Of a DNA stretch of 64,000 nt, positions 9,722 to 20,086 are shown piece by piece. A model generated the notes under the pieces. It was not told where the DNA came from, did not search any database, and saw only the letters and a list, made by a program, of their open reading frames with translations. A program made the position numbers and the translations under genes. This DNA comes from Alphaproteobacteria bacterium (lineage in GTDB: Bacteria > Pseudomonadota > Alphaproteobacteria > CALKHQ01): positions 704,001 to 768,000 of the forward strand of contig CBDDFZ010000002.1 of NCBI GenBank assembly GCA_965227515.1, in the 5' to 3' direction. How positions within the stretch are numbered: the first letter of the stretch is position 1; each line of letters opens with the position of its first letter.

Positions 9722-10651
9722 TCAACATGGCTGAACGCCAGCTACCGCGACTTCCACTCTATACAGTGATGTTGTGGCGGCGACATACAATATGTTGCCT
9801 TCCGGCCCGCCGAACACCAGATTTGCCGTGGCCCGCTCCGGAATGACGATACGTCCGATGCGCCGCGCCTCCGGCTCCGCAGTGTAGACGTGCACCCCGT
9901 CGGCGGCACTGGTCCAGATGCGGCCGTCGACGTCGACACGGAATCCGTCGAACAGTCCGGCCTCGCAGATCGCGAAGATCCGGCTGTTGCGCAGCACCGG
10001 CTTGCCGTCATCGCCGGTCTCGACATCGAGGGCGCGGATGTGGCGCGGCCCGTCGGGATCGTGCGATGCGCCTGTGTCGGCGATGTAGAGCACGCTCTCG
10101 TCGGGCGAGAATGCAAGCCCGTTCGGCTTGTCGAAGTCGTCGGCCACCACGTCGAGGTCGCCGGTGGCGGGGTCGTAGCGGAACACGTAGCAGGCGCCGT
10201 AGGCCGGCTCGCCGGCAAATCCCTCCCAATGGCTCATGATGCCGTAGGACGGGTCGGTGAACCACACCGTGCCGTCGGACTTCACCACCACGTCGTTGGG
10301 GGAGTTGAGCTGCTTGCCGTTCCAGTTGTCGACCAGCACCTCGTAGGTGCCGTCGTGGTTGGTGCGGCTGACCCGCCGCCCGCCGTGCTCGCACGAGACC
10401 AGCCGGCCCTCGCGATCGCGGGTGTGGCCATTGGTGAAATGGGAGGGCGCGCGGAAGACGGAGGGGCCTTCCTTAGCCGACCAGCGCATCATCCGGTTGT
10501 TCGGAATGTCGCTCCACAGCATGTAGTCGCCTTCGCGGAAATACACCGGCCCCTCGGACCAGATGCACCCGGTGAAGACCCGCTCCACCCAGGCGTCGGC
10601 CACCAGCAGGTCCTTGAAACGGTCATCGAGAATGTCAAAGTCCGGCGACAT
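9722..10651 (-). CDS. SMP-30/gluconolactonase family protein
   Basis: WSEGPVY, NGHTRDREGRL, NSPND, PNGLAFSPDE and DGFRVD motifs. Confidence 0.93.
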   Translation of the reverse strand: MSPDFDILDDRFKDLLVADAWVERVFTGCIWSEGPVYFREGDYMLWSDIPNNRMMRWSAKEGPSVFRAPSHFTNGHTRDREGRLVSCEHGGRRVSRTNHDGTYEVLVDNWNGKQLNSPNDVVVKSDGTVWFTDPSYGIMSHWEGFAGEPAYGACYVFRYDPATGDLDVVADDFDKPNGLAFSPDESVLYIADTGASHDPDGPRHIRALDVETGDDGKPVLRNSRIFAICEAGLFDGFRVDVDGRIWTSAADGVHVYTAEPEARRIGRIVIPERATANLVFGGPEGNILYVAATTSLYRVEVAVAGVQPC

Positions 10652-10809
10652 CGGCGGCTTCCCCCCTGACGCGATGGTCGTAAGCGACTGTTTGGCGCGA
10701 TCGCCTGGCGGCCTGCTGCCACCCTTCGGACCGGCGCGGCGCGATCATAGACCGCAAGTCGCGCGGGCTCCAAGGCTCCTGAGGCTGCCGCGCGGCAGCC
10801 GGCAGACCG

Positions 10810-11238
10810 TCAGTGGACGGTCGGCGTGCCGGTGGGCGTATCGGCGGGCGTATCGGACTTGCGGACCTTGCGCCTGAGGGCGGGGCTGGCGTGATGCAGC
10901 ACCATCCGCCAGACGCCGTCCTGGCGGACGAACCCGTTGGTGGCGAATATGGACGCGGCGGCGATGACCTCGGTGCAGGTGACGAGCGCGGTGTCGCCGA
11001 GCAGGACCGCGGATGCATCGCGGCCATCGATCTGCGGCGATCCGGGCGTGGTCAGGATCGCGTGCCAGCTCTCCATCACCGCGTCGCGGGTCAACAACGG
11101 CGGCGCGCCGGGGTGGACGCAGACGACGTCGGCGCGCTGGGCCCACAATGCGTCCATGCGCGCCAGGTCCCGGTCGGTGAATGCCGCATAGAAGGCCCGG
11201 TTTGCGGCCAGCACGTCCGCCGTGTCGTCGCCGGTCAT
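10810..11238 (-). CDS. SnoaL-like / NTF2 family protein
   Basis: VLAANRAFYAAF...MDALW...CVHPG...ATNGF...WRMVLHHAS. Start set at MTGDD with upstream GGAG. Confidence 0.85.
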   Translation of the reverse strand: MTGDDTADVLAANRAFYAAFTDRDLARMDALWAQRADVVCVHPGAPPLLTRDAVMESWHAILTTPGSPQIDGRDASAVLLGDTALVTCTEVIAAASIFATNGFVRQDGVWRMVLHHASPALRRKVRKSDTPADTPTGTPTVH

Positions 11239-11269
11239 GGCGTCTCCGTTGCGCTCGGGCGCATCGTGC

Positions 11270-11869
11270 TTACCCGCCGCACATGCGCCGGCCCCGATCG
11301 TCGATGCCGGTCTCGCTGAGGCCCACGGCGCAGATGCATTCGCCGCTGGCCGGGTCGGGCACGGTGCCGACCGCGCAGGCGAACTCGCAGTCGCTGTTGT
11401 CGAGCATCGGCTGCAAGTACGGGCCGGAACAGAAAATCGGCGGCGGGATATCGCGCTCGACCAGGTCCACCGACGACAGGCTGTCGGCCGGAATGCCCAG
11501 TGCCTCGACGTCCGGGTAGTCGCCGGGCGCCAGCACGACCGGCGGGCCATCGCCATTCTCGAAGTCCGTTTCGCGATGGAAGCTCCAGGTGCCTGTTACG
11601 ACCCTGATCGACATCACCGCATCGTCGATGCCGAATTCGCCGAGGTCCGGGGCGCTGGCGGTCAGTTGCACGCTCTCGCCGGTGAAGTCGCGGCCGTCGT
11701 AGAGGACCACCTCGTCGGCAAGCGCCGGCGCCGCGGAGAACAGCACGAGCCCGCTCAACACGATGCCCGCCAGCCCGATGCCTGCCAGCCCGGAGTTGGG
11801 CGCACGCCATCGCCGGGGCGCTCCTGCAGGTCGCAAAGTCGTTTCCGCGTAGCGCATGGCGGGCCTCAT
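11270..11869 (-). CDS. Secreted beta/gamma-crystallin domain protein with a C-terminal six-Cys module
   Basis: Signal peptide ending APALA; Greek-key motifs LYDGRDFTG...SIRV and FHRETDFE...GDYP...SLSS; six-Cys tail. Start may be 11857. Confidence 0.75.
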   Translation of the reverse strand: MRPAMRYAETTLRPAGAPRRWRAPNSGLAGIGLAGIVLSGLVLFSAAPALADEVVLYDGRDFTGESVQLTASAPDLGEFGIDDAVMSIRVVTGTWSFHRETDFENGDGPPVVLAPGDYPDVEALGIPADSLSSVDLVERDIPPPIFCSGPYLQPMLDNSDCEFACAVGTVPDPASGECICAVGLSETGIDDRGRRMCGG

Positions 11870-11972
11870 CCGGTTGCGTTCCAGTTCGTTGGCCACCGCA
11901 CGTGATGCGCCGGCCACACTGAGTTTATCTCGCGCCGGACTGGTCTGCGAAGGGGGGACTTTCCGGCCGGTT

Positions 11973-14414
11973 TCAGCCGCCCGACCCGGTCGCCCGCAAC
12001 GGCGGCGTGGCACGCGCCGATTGCGTGCGATCGTTCTTCAGCCACGTATTGATCAGGTGCCTGAGTTTGCCGGTCAGGATCGGCTTGGCCAGGTAGTCGT
12101 CCATGCCGGCGTCCAGGCAGCGCGACTTGTCGCCGGACATGGCGTGCGCGGTCACGCCCACGATGGGCGTGCGCGGCAGGTCGTTCGCCTCTTCGAACGC
12201 GCGGATGTGGCCCGTCGCCTCCAGTCCGTCCATCACCGGCATCGACACGTCCATCAAGATGATCCGCGGCGGCGCCTGCTGGTATGCGGCCACTGCCTCC
12301 TCGCCGTCCTCGGCGATGCGGTAGCTCAGGCCCATCTGCTCCAGAAGCTGTTCGATCACCAGCCGATTGACCTCGTTGTCCTCGACCACCATCACGTCGG
12401 GTGTCTGCCCGTCGGCGGTCGGGCGTGCGGCGGGCGCCGCCCGTGGACCGCGGGCGGTCGCCGAGACGGCGGCTTTCTCGTGCAACGAGCGGCCGACCGC
12501 CGACATGATCGCGTCCAACAGGCGCGACGGGAAGGTCGGCTTGACCAGGCAGCCCTGCAACCCCAGCGCCTTGCAGCGCTCGATGGACTCGCCCTCGGTG
12601 ATCGAGGTCAGCAGAATCGCTGCGGTGCCGGCCAGTTCAGGCGTGCGGCGGATTTCGCGAAGCACGTCCTCGCCATCCATGCGCGGCATGTGGTGGTCCA
12701 GGATGATGACGTCGAACGGCCGGCTCTGCCGCTGCGCCGACGACATTTTCTGGATCGCCTCGCGGCCGGTGGCCACGATCGAGCAGTCGATCGACCAGGA
12801 CGACAGCATCTCGCCCACGATCAAGCGGTTGGTCTCGTTGTCGTCGACCGCGATCACCCGCAGGCTGCGGGCGTCGAACGGTAACGCCGCGGGCGTTTCG
12901 CCGGCTTCGTGGCGTTGCAGCGGCACGCGGAACCAGAACGTCGAGCCGCCACCCTGGTTCGGCCGCACGCCGATGTCGCCACCCATATTGTCGACCAGCC
13001 CCTTACAGATGGAAAGGCCCAGGCCAGTGCCCTCGTGGCGGCGCGACGATGACGAATCGACCTGGGAGAACATCTGGAAGATGCGCTCCATGTCCTCCGG
13101 CGCGACACCGATGCCCGTGTCGCGCACCTCCACCACCAGTGTCGCGTCGCCGTCGTCGGCAGCAGCGCTGCCGTCGGTCTCGACCGAGATGTCGACCACG
13201 ATGTGGCCCTGGTCGGTGAACTTGACCGCATTGCCCAGGAAATTGGTCACCACCTGTTGCAGGCGATCGAAGTCGCCGACCAGGTGGCTCGGGGCGTCGG
13301 GCGCGACGCGGACCAGCACTTCCAGCGCCTTCTTGGCCGCCGGTTCGGCGATCACGCGCACCGAGTCCCGTGCAAGGTTGGCCACCTTGAACGGCGTCGC
13401 GGACAGCACGAGCTGGCCGGAATCGATCTTCGAGAAATCGAGGATGTCGTTGATGATCGCCAGCAGCGACTTCGACGATGACTGGATCGTCTCGACATAG
13501 ACCCGTTGCCAGCTGTCCAGTTCGGTTGTCGCCATCAGCTCGGCCATGCCGATCACCCCGTTCATCGGGGTGCGGATTTCGTGGCTCATGGTGGCCAGGA
13601 ACTCCGACTTGGAGCGTTCGCCCGCGCGTGCGCGATGGTTGGCGGCCACGATGGCCGCATTCTGGCGCCGCAGCTTTGCCGAGGTCATGGCGAGCGTCAG
13701 CCCCGGCACCGAGACCGCCGCGAGCATGACGAGGCCGAACAGGACCTCGAACTCGACATAGTCGGCATGGATCGCAGCCGCGTCGGCGGTCTGGTCGACA
13801 TAGACCTCCACGACGCCGACGACGGTGCCGTACTGGGTGATCGGCACGTAGCTTTCGACATAGACGTCGGGCCGGTCCGGCTTTTCGGTGCCGTCCTCCA
13901 CGGCCGTATAGGGCTCCAGGCCGGTCAGGACCTCGGCGGCGACGGGATTGTGCGACGCCAGATCGTCGGCTTCGGTGGTCACGCCGTCGCTGCTGGCCAC
14001 CAGGATCTGCCGGCCTTCGCCGTCGAACAGCTTGAAGCGGAAGACATCGGTGAAGGACGTCATCCGGCGCAGGATTTCCTCGTCGGCGCGGCTGATGTTG
14101 CCCGTCAGCAGCACCATGATGTCGGGGAGCTGGGCCGGCATGTACTGCGCCCAGGCGAACGAGATGCGCTCGGCATTGCGGGCGATCGCGCGTTGCGCGC
14201 TGCGTTCGATCAGAATGTAGCCGACCGCCGCCGCCGCCAGGATGGCGAGCACCGACAGCGCCAGCAGCATCCGGCCGCGGAATAGGCGAGGCGCCGCAAC
14301 CCCGGGGTCAGCATCCCTGGGCTCATCCTCCCTGGGCTCATCCTCGGCGGATAGCCGTGCCGTGAAGGACGTGCCATGGTCGGATTCGGGGCGGGGGCGG
14401 GCGTTGCCGATCAT
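11973..14414 (-). CDS. Hybrid sensor histidine kinase with two receiver domains
   Basis: 2 TM helices; H-box [15 protein letters not shown]; N/G boxes NAVKFT, DTGIG, GTGLGL; receivers ([15 protein letters not shown]). Start uncertain (14414 or 14444). Confidence 0.95.
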   Translation of the reverse strand: MIGNARPRPESDHGTSFTARLSAEDEPREDEPRDADPGVAAPRLFRGRMLLALSVLAILAAAAVGYILIERSAQRAIARNAERISFAWAQYMPAQLPDIMVLLTGNISRADEEILRRMTSFTDVFRFKLFDGEGRQILVASSDGVTTEADDLASHNPVAAEVLTGLEPYTAVEDGTEKPDRPDVYVESYVPITQYGTVVGVVEVYVDQTADAAAIHADYVEFEVLFGLVMLAAVSVPGLTLAMTSAKLRRQNAAIVAANHRARAGERSKSEFLATMSHEIRTPMNGVIGMAELMATTELDSWQRVYVETIQSSSKSLLAIINDILDFSKIDSGQLVLSATPFKVANLARDSVRVIAEPAAKKALEVLVRVAPDAPSHLVGDFDRLQQVVTNFLGNAVKFTDQGHIVVDISVETDGSAAADDGDATLVVEVRDTGIGVAPEDMERIFQMFSQVDSSSSRRHEGTGLGLSICKGLVDNMGGDIGVRPNQGGGSTFWFRVPLQRHEAGETPAALPFDARSLRVIAVDDNETNRLIVGEMLSSWSIDCSIVATGREAIQKMSSAQRQSRPFDVIILDHHMPRMDGEDVLREIRRTPELAGTAAILLTSITEGESIERCKALGLQGCLVKPTFPSRLLDAIMSAVGRSLHEKAAVSATARGPRAAPAARPTADGQTPDVMVVEDNEVNRLVIEQLLEQMGLSYRIAEDGEEAVAAYQQAPPRIILMDVSMPVMDGLEATGHIRAFEEANDLPRTPIVGVTAHAMSGDKSRCLDAGMDDYLAKPILTGKLRHLINTWLKNDRTQSARATPPLRATGSGG

Positions 14415-14766
14415 CGTGCATCCTGCGTCAATCGTCGTGGACACCGTGCCGGCGGTGGCGGACCAAGGTCAAAATGCGCCGAGGGCCAGGCAACGGTTCC
14501 GGCATGGAACCAGGAAATCATCAACAACGACTGAAGTGGGCGGAATTCGCAACAACCGGGCCCGAAAGTCGCAATTTTCGTGGCAAATCCTGACGTTTCG
14601 CCCTATACCACCCCGGATCGGCCTTGCCCGTGCCTTGATTATGTTCGACACTGGCCTGGTTCGAGTCGAGCGTACTCGTAGAGCTTGGTGCATCATGCAC
14701 CGCGGGTGAGGGGCCCCACGCGTCTCATTCTGTGCGTGAATCAAAACATGTGATGGAGGCGAATCC

Positions 14767-15225
14767 ATGCGTATTGCCGGTGGTGTAATAGCCATTGTCG
14801 TTGGCATCATTCAGGTGATTATCGCAGCATTGGCGGTGTTTGCCGTCGAGGCTGTTGATATGGCCGATCTGCCGGACATTTCCGACTTGACCCAGGAGCA
14901 GATCGAACAGGCTGCCGAGAGCGCCGGCATGACGCCGGAAGAGTTCCAGGCGCAGTTCGAGGATATCGGCAGTGCGATCGGCTGGATCACCTGGGTCTTC
15001 CTGATCGTCAGCATCGTGGTGGTCATCCTGGGCATCATGATTTGCGCGTCTAAGAGCCCCTCGAACGGTATGATCCTGGCAATCATAGGATTGGTACTCG
15101 TCATTCTCGCGATCGTTTGGTGGAGCGGCATCCTGGGCCTGATCTGGAACGCCCTGATCCTGCTTGCCGGCGTTCTCGGCTACATGGGCGCGAAGAACGA
15201 CTCTCAGGCGGTTGGCACCGTCTAA
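14767..15225 (+). CDS. Hypothetical 4-TM membrane protein with an acidic loop
   Basis: GGAGG SD, four hydrophobic helices, followed by a strong terminator. Confidence 0.8.
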   Translation: MRIAGGVIAIVVGIIQVIIAALAVFAVEAVDMADLPDISDLTQEQIEQAAESAGMTPEEFQAQFEDIGSAIGWITWVFLIVSIVVVILGIMICASKSPSNGMILAIIGLVLVILAIVWWSGILGLIWNALILLAGVLGYMGAKNDSQAVGTV

Positions 15226-15253
15226 CGTTTGCGCCATACGGCAATCATCAGTG

Positions 15254-15285
15254 GGAGACGGCGGCTTCGGCCGCCGTCTTCTTTT
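15254..15285 (+). terminator. Rho-independent terminator
   Basis: AGACGGCGGC-TTCG-GCCGCCGTCT followed by TCTTTT. Confidence 0.85.
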
Positions 15286-15324
15286 GTGTATGCTGCGTTG
15301 GCGGCTTCGGCCCCAAACGCGACC

Positions 15325-15369
15325 GAGCGCGACGTGAACGAGCCCGACGTCAACAAGCCCGGCGTCAAA
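15325..15369. repeat. Degenerate 15-bp tandem repeat x3
   Basis: GAGCGCGACGTGAAC / GAGCCCGACGTCAAC / AAGCCCGGCGTCAAA. Confidence 0.65.
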
Positions 15370-15385
15370 CAGATGGAGCGGCCCG

Positions 15386-15982
15386 ATGGCCGGTGAGCGC
15401 ATCTACCTGGCGGGCCCCGACGTGTTCGTGCGGGACACCAACGAACTGGGCGAGGCCAAAAAGGCCATCTGCGCCGCCCACGACTTCGTCGGCATGTTTC
15501 CATTGGACAAGGTCTTGGACCTGGCCGGGCTGACCCCGGTGGAGGCTGGCCTGAAGATATCGCAGGCCAACGAGGCGCTGATGCTCACCTGCGACCTGAT
15601 CATCGCCAACATGACGCCGTTTCAGGGCCCCGGCATGGACGGCGGCACCGCCTTCGAGATGGGCTTCATGCGGGCGTTGGGCCGCCCGGTGCTGGGCTAC
15701 ACCAATGACGGGCGCTTGTTCGCCGAGCGGCTTCGTGTGTTCGCCGGGGATGGCCTGCGCCGAACCGTGCGGCCGGAAGGCGATGAGGACGGCGATGGCA
15801 TGTTGATCGAGGACTTCGCCATGGTCGACAACCTGATGATGCACGGGGCCGTGCTGGCATGCGGTGCCGACGTCGATGTCGCCGCCATGGCCGACGCCGG
15901 ACCCGGCGATGCCAGGTTCCGCGGGCTGGAGGCATTCACCGCCACGGTGAGGCGCGCCCGGGCGTTGTTGGACGCGCGTTGA
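15386..15982 (+). CDS. Nucleoside 2-deoxyribosyltransferase family protein
   Basis: RIYLAGPDVF, IIANMTPFQG..MDGGTAFEMGFMRALG, VDNLM. Confidence 0.9.
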   Translation: MAGERIYLAGPDVFVRDTNELGEAKKAICAAHDFVGMFPLDKVLDLAGLTPVEAGLKISQANEALMLTCDLIIANMTPFQGPGMDGGTAFEMGFMRALGRPVLGYTNDGRLFAERLRVFAGDGLRRTVRPEGDEDGDGMLIEDFAMVDNLMMHGAVLACGADVDVAAMADAGPGDARFRGLEAFTATVRRARALLDAR

Positions 15983-16036
15983 TTCTGGGGCGCGTTGATT
16001 CTGGGGCGCGTTGATTCCGACACGCGTTGATTCTGG
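15974..16036. repeat. 16-bp tandem repeat x4 (GCGCGTTGATTCTGGG), each unit carrying GANTC
   Basis: GATTC at 15981, 15997, 16013 and 16029. The first unit overlaps the TGA stop of the upstream gene. Confidence 0.92.
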
Positions 16037-16151
16037 CGCCTCGCCCAAGCAATATGCACCGCAACAGGCCCCGATCCGGGGCATCGAACAGGGGAACGCC
16101 TTGATGTGACGCCGCATGCGCGGTGCCGCTGCGGGCCGATGGAGGACACGC

Positions 16152-17699
16152 ATGAAACTCAACCGCCGCACGTTGCTGCAGGCCGCCGGCGCCGCCGGTG
16201 TTGCCACGCCCGCGCTGACCGGCCTGTTGCGGCCCAGTCTGGCGCGCGCGCAGTCGGCCGACACCGCCACCATCGCCTACAACGTGAACTTGCCGTCCTG
16301 GGACCCGACCGTGGGCCTATCGGCGGTGAACCCGACCATCCAGTCGATCTACAAGGCCGTGTTCGACCAGTACATCGACCAGGAGCCCGACCTCAGCTTC
16401 AAGCCCGGCTTGCTGACCGAGTGGGGCTGGAGCGACGACCGCAGCCAGATCCACATGACTGTGCGCGAGGGCGCGAAATGGCATGACGGCCAGCCGGTGA
16501 CGCCGGAGGACGTGGTGTGGTCGCTGGAGCGTGCCGGCAACCCGGATACCGGCAACCCGATCCAGTTCGTGTGGGGCAAGTGCGGCAATTACAGCATCGA
16601 CGGCAACACCATCACCGGCGATGTGCTAGAGTTCGAGCCGACCCTGTTCAAGTGGATGGCGTTCCTGACCGCCTATGTTCTGCCGAAGCACTACTATGAG
16701 GAGGTTGGCGCCGAGGGGTTCGAGGCCGCACCGCTGGGTTCCGGCCCCTACATGGTCGACGAGTTCGAGCGCAATGCGTTCCTGCGCCTGAAGGCGTTCC
16801 CCGACTATTGGGGCGGCGCGCCGGCCTATGAGACCGTGGTGTTCAAGTTCGTGACCGATGCCTCGAGCCGGGTGGCGGAGGTGGAGAGCGGCGCCTCCGA
16901 CCTCACCATCGAAATCCCGTACGAGGAATACGACCGCCTGCGCGAGACCGACGGGCTGGTCGGCCAGGTGACGCCGGTATCCGACATCGCGATGATCTTC
17001 CTCAACGATGTCGAGCCGATGACCGACAAGAACGTGCGGCTGGCGGCCCATCATGCCATTGACAAGCAGGCGATCACCGATCGGCTGCTGCGTGGCTATG
17101 GCGTGCCGATCGACACCTTGCAGGCGCCGGAATATGCCGCGTTCGACCCGTCGATCACGGTCGGGTTCGACCCGGAGAAGGCGACCGCGCTGCTGGCGGA
17201 ATCGGGCTATTCGCCCGACAACCCGGTCAGCTTCACCATCCAGACCACGCGCGGTTTCAAGCCGAAGGACTACGAGATCATCCAGGCCATCGTCGGCATG
17301 TGGCGCCGGGTCGGCATCGAGGCGGAGATCGAGATCTACGAGATCGCCCAGCACTTCGAGCTGCGCGCGCGCGACGAGCTGGCGCCGGCGGCGTTCTACA
17401 ACTGGGGCAATTCCATCGGCGATCCTTCGACGTCGACCGGCTTCGCGATGTTCGGGCCGTCGCCGCACTCGGTCTGGGATACCGACGATCTGGACGCGAT
17501 GATCGGCCCGCTGTGGGGCGAGCCCGACGAGGCGACGCGTATTGCCGGCTATCAGGCGGTCGACCGCTACATCGCCGAGCAGGGCTATGTGATCCCGCTG
17601 TTCCAGTACGTGCAACCGATCGTGCATTGGGACCACCTCGACTTCACGCCGCACGTGGCCAACTTCGTGCTGCCGCAGAAGATCGACCCGGCTGGCTGA
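16152..17699 (+). CDS. ABC transporter substrate-binding protein, family 5 (Dpp/Opp-like), Tat-exported
   Basis: NRRTLL Tat signal, REGAKWHDGQPVTPEDVVWS, GSGPY; SD GGAGGA. Confidence 0.93.
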   Translation: MKLNRRTLLQAAGAAGVATPALTGLLRPSLARAQSADTATIAYNVNLPSWDPTVGLSAVNPTIQSIYKAVFDQYIDQEPDLSFKPGLLTEWGWSDDRSQIHMTVREGAKWHDGQPVTPEDVVWSLERAGNPDTGNPIQFVWGKCGNYSIDGNTITGDVLEFEPTLFKWMAFLTAYVLPKHYYEEVGAEGFEAAPLGSGPYMVDEFERNAFLRLKAFPDYWGGAPAYETVVFKFVTDASSRVAEVESGASDLTIEIPYEEYDRLRETDGLVGQVTPVSDIAMIFLNDVEPMTDKNVRLAAHHAIDKQAITDRLLRGYGVPIDTLQAPEYAAFDPSITVGFDPEKATALLAESGYSPDNPVSFTIQTTRGFKPKDYEIIQAIVGMWRRVGIEAEIEIYEIAQHFELRARDELAPAAFYNWGNSIGDPSTSTGFAMFGPSPHSVWDTDDLDAMIGPLWGEPDEATRIAGYQAVDRYIAEQGYVIPLFQYVQPIVHWDHLDFTPHVANFVLPQKIDPAG

Positions 17700-17712
17700 T
17701 CGATTGTCGTCG

Positions 17713-18351
17713 ATGGACCCAATTGCCAAGCTGCTCGCCGGCTTTCGCACCTTCCGGGAGGGCCATTTCGAGCCGAGACGCGCGATCTATGAGCAACTGG
17801 TCGACGAGGGCCAGAAGCCGCGGGTCGCGCTGATCGCGTGTTCCGACTCCCGGATCGACCCGACACTGGAGTTGCAGGCCGAGGCGGGCGAGCTGTTCGT
17901 CGTCCGCAATGTCGCCAACCTGGTGCCGCCGCATGAGGAAGGCGGAGGCCTGCACGGCACGTCGGCGGCGCTGGAGTTCGCCGTCGAGCATTTGGGCGTT
18001 GAGCACATCGTTGTGCTGGGCCACGCCCATTGCGGCGGCATTCGTTCCTTGTTCCGAGACGCGGTCGAGGATGATGATCGGTTTCAGTTCATCGCGCCGT
18101 GGATGAGCCTGGTTCGCTCCGCCCATCGCCGGGTGGAGGCGACGATGCCGGATGCGTCCGAGGACGAGCGCGCGCGGGCTTGCGAGCAGAGCGCGGTGCT
18201 GGTGTCGCTGGAGAACCTGATGACGTTCCCGGCCATTCGCGAACGGGTGGGTGAAGGGCGTCTGCGGCTGCATGGCTGGTACATAGACATCCGCGCCGGC
18301 GAGCTCCACATCTACGACCCCCGCGCGCAGAAGTTCGAGCCCGCGACGTAG
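17713..18351 (+). CDS. Beta-class carbonic anhydrase
   Basis: GQKP..IACSDSR, RNVAN and GHAHCGGI zinc motifs. Confidence 0.95.
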   Translation: MDPIAKLLAGFRTFREGHFEPRRAIYEQLVDEGQKPRVALIACSDSRIDPTLELQAEAGELFVVRNVANLVPPHEEGGGLHGTSAALEFAVEHLGVEHIVVLGHAHCGGIRSLFRDAVEDDDRFQFIAPWMSLVRSAHRRVEATMPDASEDERARACEQSAVLVSLENLMTFPAIRERVGEGRLRLHGWYIDIRAGELHIYDPRAQKFEPAT

Positions 18352-18371
18352 CGCTAGAGCCTTTCCTTGTT

Positions 18372-18476
18372 CGTCATGCGCGGACTTGATCCGCGCATCC
18401 ACGCGCCTGATGACGTTCTCAAGCGTCACCAATAACGAACAAGACGTGGATGCCCGCAACAAGTGCGGGCATGACG
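18372..18476. repeat. CGTC-type REP doublet (REPIN-like), family B
   Basis: CGTCATGCGCGGACTTGATCCGCGCATCCACG ... CGTGGATGCCCGCAACAAGTGCGGGCATGACG between convergent genes. Confidence 0.88.
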
Positions 18477-18513
18477 TCCAGTGGTTTGAGGATCTGTGCC
18501 CGGCCCGCCCCCG

Positions 18514-19185
18514 TCAGGAGAACGGCACCACGTAGAGCAGGATCGCGAAGAAGTGGAAGATGGAGCCGGCCAGCGCGCACAGGTGCCAGATGGCATGGCT
18601 GAACGGCAGCGAGCGCCACAGGTAGAAGATGGTGCCGCCGGTATAGAACAGCCCGCCGATCAGCAAGTACCACAGGCCCGCCGCCTCAAGCTCGTTGATC
18701 AACAGGCCGCCGGCATAGATGAAGCCGAACCAGCCCATCGCGATGTAGAGGATGACGGAGATCTTGTCGTAGCGATCCGGATGGGTGGACCGGAACGCGA
18801 TGGTCTTGAACACGATGCCGGCCAACGCCAGTGCCCAGATGATGCCGAACAGGCTCCAGCCCTCGGCTGGCGGCAACAGCAGCATGGCGAACGGTGTGTT
18901 GGTGCCGGCGATCAGCAGGTAGATCGAGCAGTGATCCATATAGTCGAACAGCCGGTGCGCGGCCGGGGTCTGCACGCTGTGGACCAGTGTGGAGCTGAGA
19001 TAGACCAGGATCAGCGCGGTGCCGTAGATGGAGCAGGCGACCACCGCGGCGGCCGATCCGACCTCGACCGCGTCGGCGATCATGATCGGCAGCGCCGCAA
19101 CCGCCAGCCCGAACCCGATGAAGTGGGTCAGGGCCGCTGCCGCTTCTTCCATTCGTGGCGTGACCGCTACCGCCATCGCCGTCAC
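18514..19185 (-). CDS. Hemolysin III / PAQR family membrane protein
   Basis: EE..A.LTH, SSTLVHS, DHCSIYLLIAGTNTP and HAIWHL motifs. Confidence 0.93.
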   Translation of the reverse strand: MTAMAVAVTPRMEEAAAALTHFIGFGLAVAALPIMIADAVEVGSAAAVVACSIYGTALILVYLSSTLVHSVQTPAAHRLFDYMDHCSIYLLIAGTNTPFAMLLLPPAEGWSLFGIIWALALAGIVFKTIAFRSTHPDRYDKISVILYIAMGWFGFIYAGGLLINELEAAGLWYLLIGGLFYTGGTIFYLWRSLPFSHAIWHLCALAGSIFHFFAILLYVVPFS

Positions 19186-19412
19186 CTCTGTGTCGTTGCC
19201 AACGAGCTGCCAGGATCACGGCAGACGCTAAATGCCCCGCACGTACGCAGGCTTCTTGCCAACAGTCGCCAAATATAGCGCGAACGATTCTCAGTTTGAA
19301 CCGGTTGCGAATCGAAAATATCGCGCGGCCGGCGTCCGCATGATATCGGTCTGCCGCCGATTTGCGACGGTTTGGCGGCAACGCGGCGGCAGGCTTCGGG
19401 AATAACGGAATT

Positions 19413-20075
19413 ATGATCGTCAAGATTTGCGGCCTCAGCACCATAGAGACGGTGGATGCCGCCTGCGCCGCGGGCGCCGACTTCATCGGCTTTGTGTTCT
19501 ATCCGCCGAGCCCACGGGCGATTGCGCCGGCCACGGCCGCGTCGTTGCACGCCCATGTTGCCGGGCGCGCGCGCACGGTGGGGCTGTTCGTCGATGCGGG
19601 CGCCGACGAGATCTCTAGCGTCCTCGACGTCGTGCCGCTGGACGGCCTGCAACTGCACGGGCGCGACACGCCGGCCGCGTTGGCGGCCATGCGCGAGCGG
19701 TTCGGGCGGCTGATCCTGAAGCCGGTCAGCGTCGACGGGCCAGCAGCCATCGAAGGTGCTGCCGCCTATGCGGGTGCGTGCGACTGGCTGCTGCTGGATG
19801 CCCCGCCGCCGAAGGACGCGACCCGGCCCGGCGGCAACGCGGTCGCCTTCGACTGGCGCGTCCTGTCCCGGACGGCGCCGTCACAGCCCTGGATGCTGGC
19901 GGGCGGCCTGACGCCGGACAATGTCGCGGACGCGATCCGCCAGACCGGCGCGCGCGCGGTGGATGTGTCGTCCGGCGTCGAATCCAGCCGGGGCATCAAG
20001 GACCCTGCGCTGATCGCGGCCTTCGTGACGGCGGCGCGGTCGGCGGAGCCGGTGGAGCCACCTGCCCCCGACTGA
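19413..20075 (+). CDS. trpF: Phosphoribosylanthranilate isomerase
   Basis: VKICGL, GFVFYPPSPR, QLHG, LAGGLTPDNV, VDVSSGVES. Confidence 0.95.
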   Translation: MIVKICGLSTIETVDAACAAGADFIGFVFYPPSPRAIAPATAASLHAHVAGRARTVGLFVDAGADEISSVLDVVPLDGLQLHGRDTPAALAAMRERFGRLILKPVSVDGPAAIEGAAAYAGACDWLLLDAPPPKDATRPGGNAVAFDWRVLSRTAPSQPWMLAGGLTPDNVADAIRQTGARAVDVSSGVESSRGIKDPALIAAFVTAARSAEPVEPPAPD

Positions 20076-20086
20076 GGTGCGCCGCG

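Noticed and set aside
15974-16036. Possible CRISPR array
   Set aside because: 16-bp units are contiguous with no spacers, and no cas genes are present.
18514-19185. Hemolysin III as a toxin/virulence gene
   Set aside because: PAQR-family membrane homeostasis proteins are ubiquitous; no secretion or toxin context here.
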